Source of the DNA: Macrostomum lignano
Taxonomy: Eukaryota
Direction of reading: 5' to 3'
Length of the DNA: 64,000 nucleotides
NCBI GenBank assembly: GCA_002269645.1
Contig: NIVC01001463.1
Coordinates: 220,863-284,862, forward strand
In this document: piece after piece, positions 25,110 to 40,590 of the stretch
How positions within the stretch are numbered: position 1 is the stretch's first letter
Layout: each line of letters starts with the position of its first letter
Program-made: the position numbers and the translations under genes
The notes under the pieces: model-generated
Told to the model about the DNA's origin: nothing
Seen by the model: only the letters and a program-made list of their open reading frames with translations
The model's database searches: none

Positions 25110-26211
25110 TCGAATGCCGCCTGAGATCGTTCAACAGTCTGCGTGTCCATGTCAGTGCACTGTCCAGCTGGTTCAAAGCCTGTGGTGCTGAGGACCTAAC
25201 AAAACACCACCTGGTCTCACTGCTCGTTCGCGGCGCTAAACGGAGGATGGGCCAGCGACCAAGACGGAAGCTGCCGATTTCGCCTGCGATGCTGCTGTCT
25301 GTGAAAAACCGGCCTAACTCGAGCAGTTCGCTTGACAGAGTCTGCTGGCTTGTGACGCTTATTGCTTGGTGGGGGATGTTTCGGCGCTCCAGTCTCCTGC
25401 CCAGTCAGCAGTCCGCTTCACCGATCTCCGTCTCAGCCTTTCAACGCCACCCGAAGGGGGTTGTGCTCTCTGTCAGTTATGGCAAGACGAATCAGTTCGG
25501 CGCGAAGCTGCACCGGGTGTTGCTTCCAAGGCTAAAAGATGGACATCCGCTTTGCCCAGTGGCTGCGCTAGAGGGTCACCTCCGTGTCAGCAAGCTTGGC
25601 TGCAGGCAGCCTGTGTTCTCCTACCAGTTGGCGAGCGGATCCTCTGTTGTCCTGTCTGCCTCAAGATTCGACAAGTACCTCAAGCGCTGCCTAGCAACTG
25701 CTGAGCAGGACGCTCGTTCTTTCTCAGCGCACAGCCTGCGCAGAGGTGGTGCCACCTGGGCCTACCGTCTCGGACTATCTGTTTGTGATAAATAGGCAAT
25801 TAGATAATAGCATGCACGGTAAGCAATTATTTAGGCCCTAGACAAACCTACTTGGAGCGTTCGGAGATTTTAAAGCTATTAATCCTAATCGCCTATCGCC
25901 GGTCGGCGAGTTCTACCAGTCTTCTCCAATAGCCGCAGGTACAGTACAAGAAAATAAAGAACACGAGGGAACACAACCGAAAGATTTAGAGAGTGATAAT
26001 GCCTCCATTTCTCTTAGGCTCTTTTGTGAGCCTGGAGTGAAATGGGTGTTAGCCATCCACCCCTCGCGCTGTACTTTGTGCCGCCTTTGTGCTCCGTCCT
26101 CTCTACCCCCCGTGGGGTGGGGGGGGGGTTTGCTCACCCGCTTATTTATTTGCACGCCGCCCTCTGTGCCCCGTCGCTCGCTTTGGCTTTGCAGCTCAAA
26201 ATTTTACCATT

Positions 26212-27276
26212 ATGGAAAGTGCACGCAATTTTACAACTAAACAGCTCAAACAAGAGCTAGCTCAGCGAGGCCTCTCACAAGCTGGTCGTAAACAACAACT
26301 CTATGAGCGTCTACACAGACACCTGCGTGCTATGTCTGAGTATCCAGCTGCAGCAAAAAGTGACGACGCAAGCCTCAACTCAGACACCATCGACGGTGGA
26401 CATTCGACGGGTGGACACGGAGCTTCAGGGAGCGCGGCGAGCGACCTGGCGGCTCTGAGGAAGGAGGTCGAGCAGCTGGAGATTGAAGCCCTGACTCGGC
26501 GCCGCGCACAACTGCAAAGCGAGCTCAATCAGTCGCAGAACCACCGGTCTCAGGAACCCCCACAACAAGGTGAGCGGAGAGAAAATGCTGGCTTGCATGA
26601 GGCGTTTTTGTTAGGCGGCGCTCTTACAGATCCCGGCAGAAGCCAGTGTGACAAAAAGACTAGCAGGGCTTATCTGATTCGCGATTTTGTCAAGCCCAGT
26701 TCAAATCAACCTAATGAGAGCCTCACAGCCTGCATGGAGAACGGGAACCTGGTCTTTAAGAAGCAGCCACCCAGCTTGGGGAAAATCTCTGTCGGCCAGT
26801 GGATTGCAGGGAACTCTAAGATTTTGCTTCGACTAGTTGATGATGGGTCGCTGATTCACATTAATGAGGATGGATCTGTCAATGTTGACGAACTAAAAGG
26901 CTATCTGGAGTACTCACAGAAGATCGGCGAGCTCTTAGACGCTAACTACAGCCCAAGTGTCGTGTGGGAATTCGATGAGGATTACAGAAAGTTGATCGCC
27001 GACTCGGATTCGCATCGATGGGGCTGCGAGCCTCCACAGCTGTACCACCGACACCTTAACGCACCAAGAAGCTTAAAAGTCACCCTAAGCAGACCAGCAT
27101 CCAACCAGTCGCAAGCTCCCATCTGCCTAAGCTACAACTCCCCTGCCGGCTGCCAGCGGTCCTCCTGTAGGTACCGTCACGTCTGCAAGCTGCGCGACTG
27201 CGGCCGGCCGCACCCCGCACACCAGCACCGTCCGGCCAGCGTCGGCGGCGACGCTGTGGAGGGAGCAAAAAACTAG
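26212..27276 (+). CDS. Ngaro-2 Gag-like protein (SAP, coiled coil, CCCH cluster)
   Basis: ATG directly after A1; TKQLKQELAQRGLSQAGRKQQLYERL is SAP-like; CLSYNSPAGCQRSSCRYRHVCKLRDCGRPH. Confidence 0.85.
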   Translation: MESARNFTTKQLKQELAQRGLSQAGRKQQLYERLHRHLRAMSEYPAAAKSDDASLNSDTIDGGHSTGGHGASGSAASDLAALRKEVEQLEIEALTRRRAQLQSELNQSQNHRSQEPPQQGERRENAGLHEAFLLGGALTDPGRSQCDKKTSRAYLIRDFVKPSSNQPNESLTACMENGNLVFKKQPPSLGKISVGQWIAGNSKILLRLVDDGSLIHINEDGSVNVDELKGYLEYSQKIGELLDANYSPSVVWEFDEDYRKLIADSDSHRWGCEPPQLYHRHLNAPRSLKVTLSRPASNQSQAPICLSYNSPAGCQRSSCRYRHVCKLRDCGRPHPAHQHRPASVGGDAVEGAKN

Positions 27277-29033
27277 ATCTTTTTTATAGCCGCCCTGCTT
27301 TTAACCCCCGTTCGCCTTTACCTTTTATCTTGCCTCCATCTGCTCATTGCCCTGCTCGCACCCTGCTCTCTCCACCGCGCCGCGCTCTGTCGTCCGACAT
27401 GAACCTTGCCGCCTGGGAGCCGCTGCTTCTGGGTGACCAAGACGAAGATTTTCTTCGCAGCGGCCTTAGCTACGGCTTTCGGCTCATCAATAGATCGCCG
27501 CCTTTTCTTGCCCGCTCCGCCAACTACCGATCGGCCTTGGACCAAGCCAAGCAGGTTGGTGAACAGCTCGCCAAGGAGCTCCGTCTCGGCCGCTTGCAGC
27601 TCGCCAATGGCCCTGTCATGGTGAACGCCATCGGGGCGATTCCAAAATCTGACGGCAGTGTCCGGGTCATTCATGACCTTTCTAGACCTTCGGGGTCCTC
27701 CGTCAACGACAGCTATGAGCAGGAAAAGGGGCTGCGCTTCGCCTCTGTCCAAGACCTGACCCGCTATCTTCGCCCAAACTCGTTTATCGGCAAAATCGAC
27801 CTCAAGCAGGCCTATCGTTCCGTCGGTATTCACCCTGACGACCAGGTGCTCACGGGCCTCAGCTGGCGGTTCTCTGCCGACAGCGATGACTCGGTGCTCG
27901 TTGACACTCGGTTGCCCTTTGGTGCTCGAGCGTCATGTGAGATTTTCCATCGCTTATCGGCCTGCATCAAGCGCCACATGTTCAGCATTGGCTTCACAGC
28001 TACCGTCAACTACTTGGACGACTGGGCAGTCGCCGGTGATACTGAAGAAGCGGCTCAGGAGGCCTTCAATTATCTGGTTGATCTGCTGCAGAACTTAGGC
28101 TTCGACATCAACTGGCAGAAGACCGTGGCTCCAGCTCAACACGTTGTGTTTCTCGGCGTGCTGGTTGACACTGTGAACGGCACCCTGTCACTTCCAAGCA
28201 ACAAGAAAGACGACATTCGGAAACTGCTGAACGATTGCCTGTCATGTGACGTTGTTAAACTGAAGCAGCTCGAAAAACTGGCCGGTAAGTTGTGCTGGCT
28301 CAGCCAGATCAACAGGCTGTTGCGTCCTTTCCTGCGCCCGCTCTTCGACATCCTCAGCTGCAGAATGGACACCCGGCTGCCATCTGAGCTTCGCAACCTC
28401 TTCCTCTGGTGGCTGCGCGTCGTGAGTTCTCTGCCGCCGACGGTCATTCGCCCCCGTTTTCGTCAACTTGTGGCCATCGAATCTGATAGCAGTTGCGAGG
28501 GTGCTGCTGGCATCGTCTTTGGCAGCGAATTCAGTGACTGGACGTACTTCAGCTGGGAGAAGGACTTTGAGAGCAAGTTCCGCGACCTTCACATCAACCA
28601 CAAGGAGGCGCTGGCTCCGCTGCTTACCATCCTGCGCTTCCGCGAGCAGCTTAGGAACAGCCGCGTGGTGATTTACTCGGACAGCACTGCTGCCGTCGGC
28701 ATGGTCAATAAGCTTTCCTGTCGGCATCCTCTGCTCATTCGCATCTATCAGACCGTTGCTCTCGTGTGCCTCACGTCGGGAATTCAGCTCCAGGCGTTCC
28801 ACCTTCCTGGCCAGATGCAGCTGCTGAGCGACTCCGCTTCTAGAATGGGGGGCTCGAGCAGAGAGCTCATTAATTTTTGCTGCCGTCTTTACGGCTCTTT
28901 ATGCATTTGTCCTTTCGAATTTGCTTCCCACACCATTTCTGCCGTGTCTCGCACCGCTCTTCATTCGCAGGTCGCAGCCGCGCTCCGCTCCGCTCCACCG
29001 TGTCTGTGTCCGCTCTGTGCCGCCTGTCACTAG
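27273..29033 (+). CDS. Ngaro-2 reverse transcriptase-RNase H (in -1 frame to gag)
   Basis: KIDLKQAYR, RLPFGARAS, YLDDW, VFLG; RNase H IESDSS, HINHKEA, IYSDST, HLPG..LSDSASR; open frame with no stops from the gag end. Confidence 0.92.
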   Translation, partial: LDLFYSRPAFNPRSPLPFILPPSAHCPARTLLSPPRRALSSDMNLAAWEPLLLGDQDEDFLRSGLSYGFRLINRSPPFLARSANYRSALDQAKQVGEQLAKELRLGRLQLANGPVMVNAIGAIPKSDGSVRVIHDLSRPSGSSVNDSYEQEKGLRFASVQDLTRYLRPNSFIGKIDLKQAYRSVGIHPDDQVLTGLSWRFSADSDDSVLVDTRLPFGARASCEIFHRLSACIKRHMFSIGFTATVNYLDDWAVAGDTEEAAQEAFNYLVDLLQNLGFDINWQKTVAPAQHVVFLGVLVDTVNGTLSLPSNKKDDIRKLLNDCLSCDVVKLKQLEKLAGKLCWLSQINRLLRPFLRPLFDILSCRMDTRLPSELRNLFLWWLRVVSSLPPTVIRPRFRQLVAIESDSSCEGAAGIVFGSEFSDWTYFSWEKDFESKFRDLHINHKEALAPLLTILRFREQLRNSRVVIYSDSTAAVGMVNKLSCRHPLLIRIYQTVALVCLTSGIQLQAFHLPGQMQLLSDSASRMGGSSRELINFCCRLYGSLCICPFEFASHTISAVSRTALHSQVAAALRSAPPCLCPLCAACH

Positions 29034-29965
29034 CGCCTAGTTCCAGGAAGTCCTATGCGAGCCGCTTACAAGTCTGGAACGAATTCTGCCGGCAGCGTCG
29101 AGTTCCCGCGACCGCCGCCTCCGAGTCTGATGTCTGCCAATTTGTCTCGTTCCTGTTACAACGTGGACCGGCGTCCTACTCCAGTGTGCAGTCAAGCCTC
29201 AGCGCGGTGTCTTACCTACATAGGGCTTCCGCGTCACCAGACCCGACCAAGGGCAGCGCTCGCCTGGCTCTCGTGTGTCGCGGGGCTCGGCGTCTTCTGA
29301 GCCGGCAGCCTCGGCGTGCGACGCCGCTGAAGCCCAGCCACCTCCGCCTGCTTTGCAGCTCCACCGAGCTACGTCATTCGCTGCCGCCCCGTCTGCTGGC
29401 CGCCTTCAAGGCAGCATTGCTGGTGGCCTGGTGGGGAGTCCTTAGGCTCGGCGAGCTCTTACCATCCACCGCTGCGGACGCTCTTCCCCGGAGCTGCCTA
29501 TCAGCGTGCCCCGGTGGTCTGCGGCTGGTGCTCAACAGGTCAAAGACAAACCAATTCAAGGAGCGGCAACTGGAATTATTTCTGCCGCAGGCCTCTGAAT
29601 GCCTGCTTATCTGTCCCGCTTCCGCACTAGCAACTCATCTGCGCGAGAATCAAATCTACGGACCGCAGCAGCCCCTGTTTTCTGTCCTAGGCAGCCGCGG
29701 CCGGACTTTCTTGTCTGCCGCTATGTTCATCCGGCTCCTAAAGCGGGGCATGTCTATGTGCGGCTTTGGCGAGTGCGGCTTCTCGGGTCACAGTCTGCGT
29801 AGAGGCGGGGCCAGCGCTGCCTTTCAGTCAGGCCTCTCAATCGCCGACATCCGTTGCATGGGCGACTGGCGTTCAGACTGCGTCTTTCGGTATTTCTCTG
29901 ATGAGGCGTCGTTTGCCCGCCGTCGGGCAGCAGCTCGGCAGGTCGCTGCCGGCCTGGCCTCTTGA
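28971..29965 (+). CDS. Ngaro-2 tyrosine recombinase (predicted second exon)
   Basis: Catalytic set present: R (GVLRLGEL), K (RSKTNQ), HxxR (GHSLRRGG), W and Y (GDWRSDCVFRY). Confidence 0.92.
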
Positions 29966-31953
29966 CTGCTTACTCGCTCGTTTTATTGACCCTTTGGCGT
30001 TTTACCTTGGCGTTCGTGGCCTGGCTTCGCTTACTTTTGCTGCCTCCTTGTTTTTATCTTCCTGTTCTCTCCTTTTCTCCTCCTTTTTTTCGGGGTTGGG
30101 GTCGCTTTCCCCACCTCTCGCGCTGCTTCGGGCCATAAGCCTTTGCCTGCCTGCTGTTCGTCTCTTTCGCTGTTGGGGTGTGATTGGTTAATGCCTCCAT
30201 TTCTCTTAGGCTCTTTTGTGAGCCTGGAGTGAAATGGGTGTTAGCCATCCACCCCTCGCGCTGTACTTTGTGCCGCCTTTGTGCTCCGTCCTCTCTACCC
30301 CCCGTGGGGTGGGGGGGGGTTTGCTCACCCGCTTATTTATTTGCACGCCGCCCTCTGTGCCCCGTCGCTCGCTTTGGCTTTGCAGCTCAAAATTATTTTT
30401 AAGCACATTCTTTTTCTTTTAATCTCGTTTGCTTGCAAAATAAACTTATCGTTACTACGGGGTCGCTTTCCCCACCTCTCGCGCTGCTTCGGGCCATAAG
30501 CCTTTGCCTGCCTGCTGTTCGTCTCTTTCGCTGTTGGGGTGTGATTGGTTAATCCTATTTCAAGAATAGCTAACTTGATTGACGGTTTAATTTGATTAGC
30601 TGAGTTACAAGATTTAGACAAACGGCGCAGATAACTAGAGTTGACAAAACGACAATAACGGTTAATAAATAATGATTATATACGCACTGACAAGCGGATC
30701 TCAGCTGAAGAAGAAGGAGGCACCGAACACAGGACCACGGAGAAGACTCCTAACCCCTGGCCTAAACCAGAACCTACTCTCAAACGAGAGCCCTGCCGAA
30801 CCGACCGTTCAACGGAGTACCGACTAAGTTCTATCGGCACTGCCCTTCAGTGTAACACTGGGGACCTCGGGGTCGAGGCCGCGTACTTGATCAGATCCGA
30901 CAGTCTCTATCTAACCGCGCTTGATAGCGACGACTTCAGACAGGAATTTGCCGTAGACGTTACGCCACAAGACTACTGCGGTTGGGCGGGAACAAAGATA
31001 TGGACCGGGGGTGATGAAATCAAACGCCTCAAAGCGCGAACCAACAAGAGGAGGAAAATCGGGCCACCGGCCGGGAACTGGACAAGACAAACCGGGGAAA
31101 AGGAGCAAGCGAGATCCGATTGCCAAAACACACTTTCATATATAGTCAGAGTCACAACCCCTCAAAACTCCCCTCAAGCCGGGTGGTGGTCGTCTGGCCG
31201 GCCGCACGATAAGCCGAATTGAACTGTGCCCGCGGCGCCGGGTAGAACTGAAACTTGCCGCGTGCCAGGGTCCAGGCCGGTTCTGATTGGCTGACCGCGC
31301 AAAGCTGGGGTTCGCAGACAAACTCAACCCTCCGCTGAGTCACAAATTTGGCGTCTAACTCTAACCTGTTTACAATTTTAGATTTCAACCAACTAGAAAA
31401 AGTACACAAAAAACGCATGACTAAACAAGCAAAATAACAATTCAATAACAATATAGAAACTAATGCAGTCAATTTACAACAAAATACACGCAAAGATGCT
31501 CACACTACATGTTCAAGAGGTGAAGTGCATCGGTGACTGGCGAAGTGATGCTGTTACTGCCTACCTTCCATCTGCTGATTCTGTGCGGGCTGGTTCGCGT
31601 TTTGCTGGTGCTTTTAGCGAGAGCTGCCTTTGAATAACTTTTGCTTGTGTTCAAAGTTTTATTTCCGTTCTTATCCCCAGCCTTATTTCCGCCGTTTCGT
31701 AAATTCTCTCCTTCGTTCAGTCATTTGTTTGTTTGGCCTTGGGGTTGCATCCTCTGGCTTTTCGCTGCCTCGCCATCGCCACACTCGGTTTGTCTTTGTC
31801 TTTGTCTTTGCCTCCCCTTCACTAACACTGCCGAGACTAATGTATCACTACTGAGTCTTATGTTTCACTACCGAGTCTAATGTATCACTACTGAGTCTAA
31901 TGTATCAATATTGAGTCTAATTTATCACCACCGAGACTAATGTATCACTACTG

Positions 31954-33872
31954 CCCGCCTGGCTGTCGTAATCCGGTTTTCATCCGGCCTCGTCCGGTTT
32001 AACCCGTTTTAGGGGGGTGTTTCCGGACCAAAAAGATGTTGATCCGGTTTTGATCCGGTTTTTTTTCCGGACCAAAAACCGGGCCGAAATCCGGAGTAAA
32101 GCCGGATGAAAGAGTTCTCTTTGTGACTCTTTTTATCCGGTTTTTGATCCGGTTGACTCGTCGATTAAACTCGAACAATCAGCCGGATTGAAAACCGGAT
32201 GAAAACCGGAAGAAAGCATATTTTGGTCCGGAATTTCGTCCGGTTTTACATCCGTCCATTGACCCGCCGAAAGCCGGATAAAGACCGATGCACGAAACGG
32301 AAGAAGTCCGGATGAAATACCGAGTTCAGAAAGGGGACTTGGATTTTTTATGAGTATGTAATTTGCAAGACCGCGTTGAGTTGTTATTAGGTAAAGAAAT
32401 ATGTAATGAGTGACCAGTGTGACCACTGCTGTTTTATGTGTTTTTCTGTGCTTTTTTAAAATAGCTGTGTTATTGTGTTTTTTTAAGAAGTCATCCCTTT
32501 TCTGTGTTGAACCTAAATAAACAGCCCCCGCTAGCGCGATCTTTGACCTGGCCAGAACTGTCTTCGCAGAGGTTGGGCCCACAAGTCAGCGTCCGGCCGG
32601 CGATGTGGACATTGCGGAAGATATGCTACTTTCCCTGATGGGATAGTATAGGCTATATAGTCGTGGGCCAGTCGTTTTGTCGCAGACTATAGGATATAAG
32701 AGGGAGCCGTGTGCCATTGCCAGTGGCCGCGGCGTGGCGCGAATATGCTCATGACACTACTGCTTCTGCGACTGCAACTTACTATTGGTCACGAATCAAA
32801 TATGTAGCGCCTAGGGGTCTTAAGAGCATGTGCTCGATTAGACAGTAGCATATCATGAGGACAAAAATTCCTCAAAAATTCTGCAGTATGTAAAGTGCAC
32901 GATGTACCCATCGCCTGCAATCTGTACATCATGGTGGGTTTTTTAGAACAGTAACGTTACTTAACGTTACTAACGTGTACAGTAATCACTGTTCTGCTGA
33001 TAGGTAATATCGCCCTCGGGTCTGCGTTTCTGGTTTTCTGTTGACACTTTCTGTTTCACTCCCAGTATGGAAAAATGTATATGTCGCTATTTTTTCTGTT
33101 GTCCCCAATTTTATAAGTGAGTTTTTTTTCTGCGCCTGTTTCTTCGTGTAGCTGGAAGTTTTTCTTCTGTGAAATTTCTAGTTTTTCTGCCTGGTACTAA
33201 TTTGTAGCCGCCCAAAAGACAATGTGTCGTCTGATTCTCCATTTCTCCTGATTTGTCCACCCAATGTGAGGTTTTGCCATTCTATTTTTGACTCAAGCAT
33301 GTCTTGTGTATTTGCATTTTTAGCGACACGCAACTTTAACAATTATCTTCGGTTTCAATATATTCAGCTTCCACTACTCTATCCAGCACAGTGAATTAGA
33401 GGTTGGCCACCCTCTGTGCAAGTGCAATATACCTTGCTTTCTTTGAGGTGTTTCCAGCAATTTGTTTTCTTACGTTTTCAAAAGATTTCGTCTTGTTGTC
33501 AACCTTACTTGGTTCTTTAACATGTCATCTGCTTTACCATCCGGTAGACATGTGCATACATTTGATCCGGCATTCATCCGGAATTTCGTCCGGTTTCTCA
33601 TCCGGTAGACATGTGCATACATTTCGTCCGGATTCGCTCCGGAATTTGCTCCGCCCTGTTCTCCGCGGCTTTCCGGATAGCTTCCCGGATGAATTTCCGG
33701 ACTAATGTTGGTTGAACACCCGGATGAAAGGTCAAATATGCATGTTTTCATCCGGTTTGTAAACTTTTCATCCGGCTCTCATCCGGTTTTTAAATGGGAC
33801 ATTTTTATTACGTACCGGATGAAATTCCGGACGTCGCTCCGGATGAAAACCGGATTACGACAGCCAGGCGGG
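31954..33872. mobile_element. Non-autonomous CMC/EnSpm-like DNA transposon
   Basis: Perfect 34-bp TIR CCCGCCTGGCTGTCGTAATCCGGTTTTCATCCGG; 2-bp TG duplication (31952-53, 33873-74); dense subterminal ATCCGG/CCGGAT repeats at both ends; no transposase seen. Confidence 0.85.
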
Positions 33873-34713
33873 TGAGTCTTATGTTTCACTACCGAGTCTA
33901 ATGTATCACTACTGAGTCTAATGTATCACTACTGAGTCTTATGTATTAATATTGATTATAATGTATCACTACTGAGTCTTATGTATTAATATTGAGTCTA
34001 ATGTATCACTACTGAGTCTTATGTATCAATATTGAGTCTAATGTATCACTACTGAGTCTAATGTATCAATATTGAGTCTAATGTATCAATATTGAGTCTA
34101 ATGTATCACTACTGAGTCTTATGTATTAATATTGAGTCTGGTGCATCAAAATACGAGGTATAATTTCAACGATCCTATGGAATTCAGCAGACCCTCGCCA
34201 TCTCTCATCGCTTGCCAACAGCGGTTGTCATCGGGATTAATTATCGATGCTGGGTTTCATTTTTTTGAAAAAGAAAAACGCCGCTGTGTTTTGAGTCTGA
34301 GTCTATTGCTTCGCCAAGAAAAAATGCACGAGCCTTCTGCCTTCCACGTTGACCGGCAATTAACGTAATGGCATGTATTGGTGTACAGGGTAGATTAAGT
34401 GAGCTGGTCATTAGGAGCCCAAGTGGCGAAAAAAAATCGGCCACTCTCTTGACTTGGAGACCGACTGACTCCCGCACTTGATCGCTCTGGCCGCATGCCA
34501 ACGGAGGCTGAGGTTTCACCATCCACTTGAGCTGGCCGGACCGGCTTAACTAAATGAAGTAGGAAGAGCCAGCATCAATTGAGAAATATTTAGCGGATGC
34601 GTGATTCACCTCTTAGGCCGCCCAGTCCCATCTCCGGATTCGTGTATATAAATCTACATTGCACTGAGCTAGTCCAGCCTCTGAACTGCATCAAAGTGAA
34701 AAAACCCATCGCT

Positions 34714-39583
<4,870 letters not shown>

Positions 39584-40219
39584 TGAGATGAGATGCAGAG
39601 ACAGAGAGACTTGATAAAAAAATTGATTTAGAGCTGAGGAGAAAAGGCAGAGAAAGGTAGAAAGAAGCAAAAAGACGGCAATCAATGCACAGGTTGTGCT
39701 GTCAAAGAAAAATCGCGAGGAAAAAAGTCGAAAGCACTCGGCGCTCTTCTGTCGCACAAGTCCCGAAAGGGATTAAGATTACTTAAAGAGAATTAATTTG
39801 TAGCAAAAATCAACAAAATGATCATGTTTTTCATGCTTTGAAGACAGGCCATGAGATTTAATCATTGAGAATTGTTGGCTCCGATGAAGTTGTCAGTGAA
39901 ATCTCTAAGCAACTAAAGCAAGCTCCTACTGCTGGATGGTAGCTCGGTTGCAAATTTAGCCCATTAATTTTGCCGGCCAGACCTTGGCTTTAATGTTGCA
40001 CATCTCTGCTGGCAGCCTTTTATCACCAATTTACTGGTACAGTACACAGTGTGTATGGCTGGAAACTTGACCGTAAGCAATGCAATATTAATAAAATTAA
40101 ACATGGAGTGCAGCGCTTTGAAGTTTATACGACTGTAGTTCGTACATCTGACCGTTAGATCAAGGAATCGTTTCCATCTATCCCATTCTGCCTAATTTAC
40201 TGCAGAGATTCGTAATTCA

Positions 40220-40590
40220 GAGCGTTTTTTATTAGAGGCAGGGGGGTTGTGTGCACCCTGGCGCACTTTAGGCGACATAGGCACACAACCGGCGAGAGGC
40301 ATTGCTGCCCATTCCGCCGACTCCCCTGAGCAGGCGCACAAGCGCGCGGATACGTACGCAGTCATACGCACAGGCACCACTCACAGGAGTGTACAGCGGC
40401 CCTAACTTTATTTTGTCGTTAGGCATGTACACTTCACTGCGCCTTGGGGGTTGGCTCTCAAGGCCGTTAATTGCACGAGCAGAGCCAAGCCGAGATTCCA
40501 ATTTAGCCCCAAATTAATGTGACTGCACTTGGAATCGAGCCTGAGTCGCTAGCACACCAGAGCCTGCGCTAGACCGCTGGGCTAACTGCC
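40220..40590 (-). mobile_element. SINE family A copy
   Basis: Colinear and highly similar to 1543-1908. Confidence 0.85.

Larger units (their letters stand above)
25997..30553 (+). mobile_element. Ngaro-type YR retrotransposon 2, apparently intact, with split direct repeats
   Basis: A1 25997-26203, B1 30098-30192, A2 30189-30394, B2 30459-30553. A copies differ only in G-run length by eye and B copies appear identical. TAAT at both ends and at the B1/A2 junction; no methyltransferase domain. Confidence 0.95.
25784..31509 (-). mobile_element. Solo LTR (about 1.17 kb net) with 4-bp TSD, interrupted by Ngaro-2
   Basis: TGT...ACA ends; TGTT duplicated at 25780-25783 and 31510-31513; non-coding; minus-strand CCAAT (31286-31290) and TATATA (31139-31144) suggest U3 orientation. 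Confidence 0.75.
24924..31633 (+). pseudogene. Ngaro-1 tyrosine recombinase split into 24924-25783 and 31514-31633
   Basis: WWGMFRRS, GKTNQ, AHSLRRGGAT end at GLSV; reading resumes in frame as QEVKCIGDWRSDAVTAYL after the inserted DNA. Confidence 0.9.
21952..31825 (+). mobile_element. Ngaro-type YR retrotransposon 1 (decayed, interrupted by a solo LTR)
   Basis: gag, RT/RNase H and YR in order. Removing 21952-31825 restores a minisatellite unit (CTTATGTAT-CACTGCCGAGACT). No second copy of its A repeat. Confidence 0.85.
21790..34139. repeat. 20-bp minisatellite split into three blocks (21790-21951, 31826-31953, 33873-34139) by insertions
   Basis: Unit GAGTCTAATGTATCACTACT / GAGTCTAATGTATCAATATT in all three blocks; the register continues across both insertions. 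Confidence 0.9.

Noticed and set aside
27277-27295. Acceptor TTTTTTATAG as a spliced route to Pol
   Set aside because: It is phase 2 for the RT frame, while the gag donor is phase 1, so the join would be out of frame.
27318-28802. Antisense ORFs over RT
   Set aside because: Shadow ORFs of GC-rich coding sequence with no motifs.
22135-29965. Prophage or bacterial integrase/retron system; two tandem elements
   Set aside because: RT-RNase H plus YR plus split direct repeats is a eukaryotic Ngaro layout, and the first YR resumes at 31514, showing nesting.
31340-31360. TCACA followed by TTGGCG as LTR end plus primer-binding site
   Set aside because: The TGTT duplication and the in-frame YR resumption place the end at 31509, not 31344.
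21952-31825. DIRS1-type inverted terminal repeats or methyltransferase domain
   Set aside because: No reverse-complement match between the ends and no MT motifs after RNase H.
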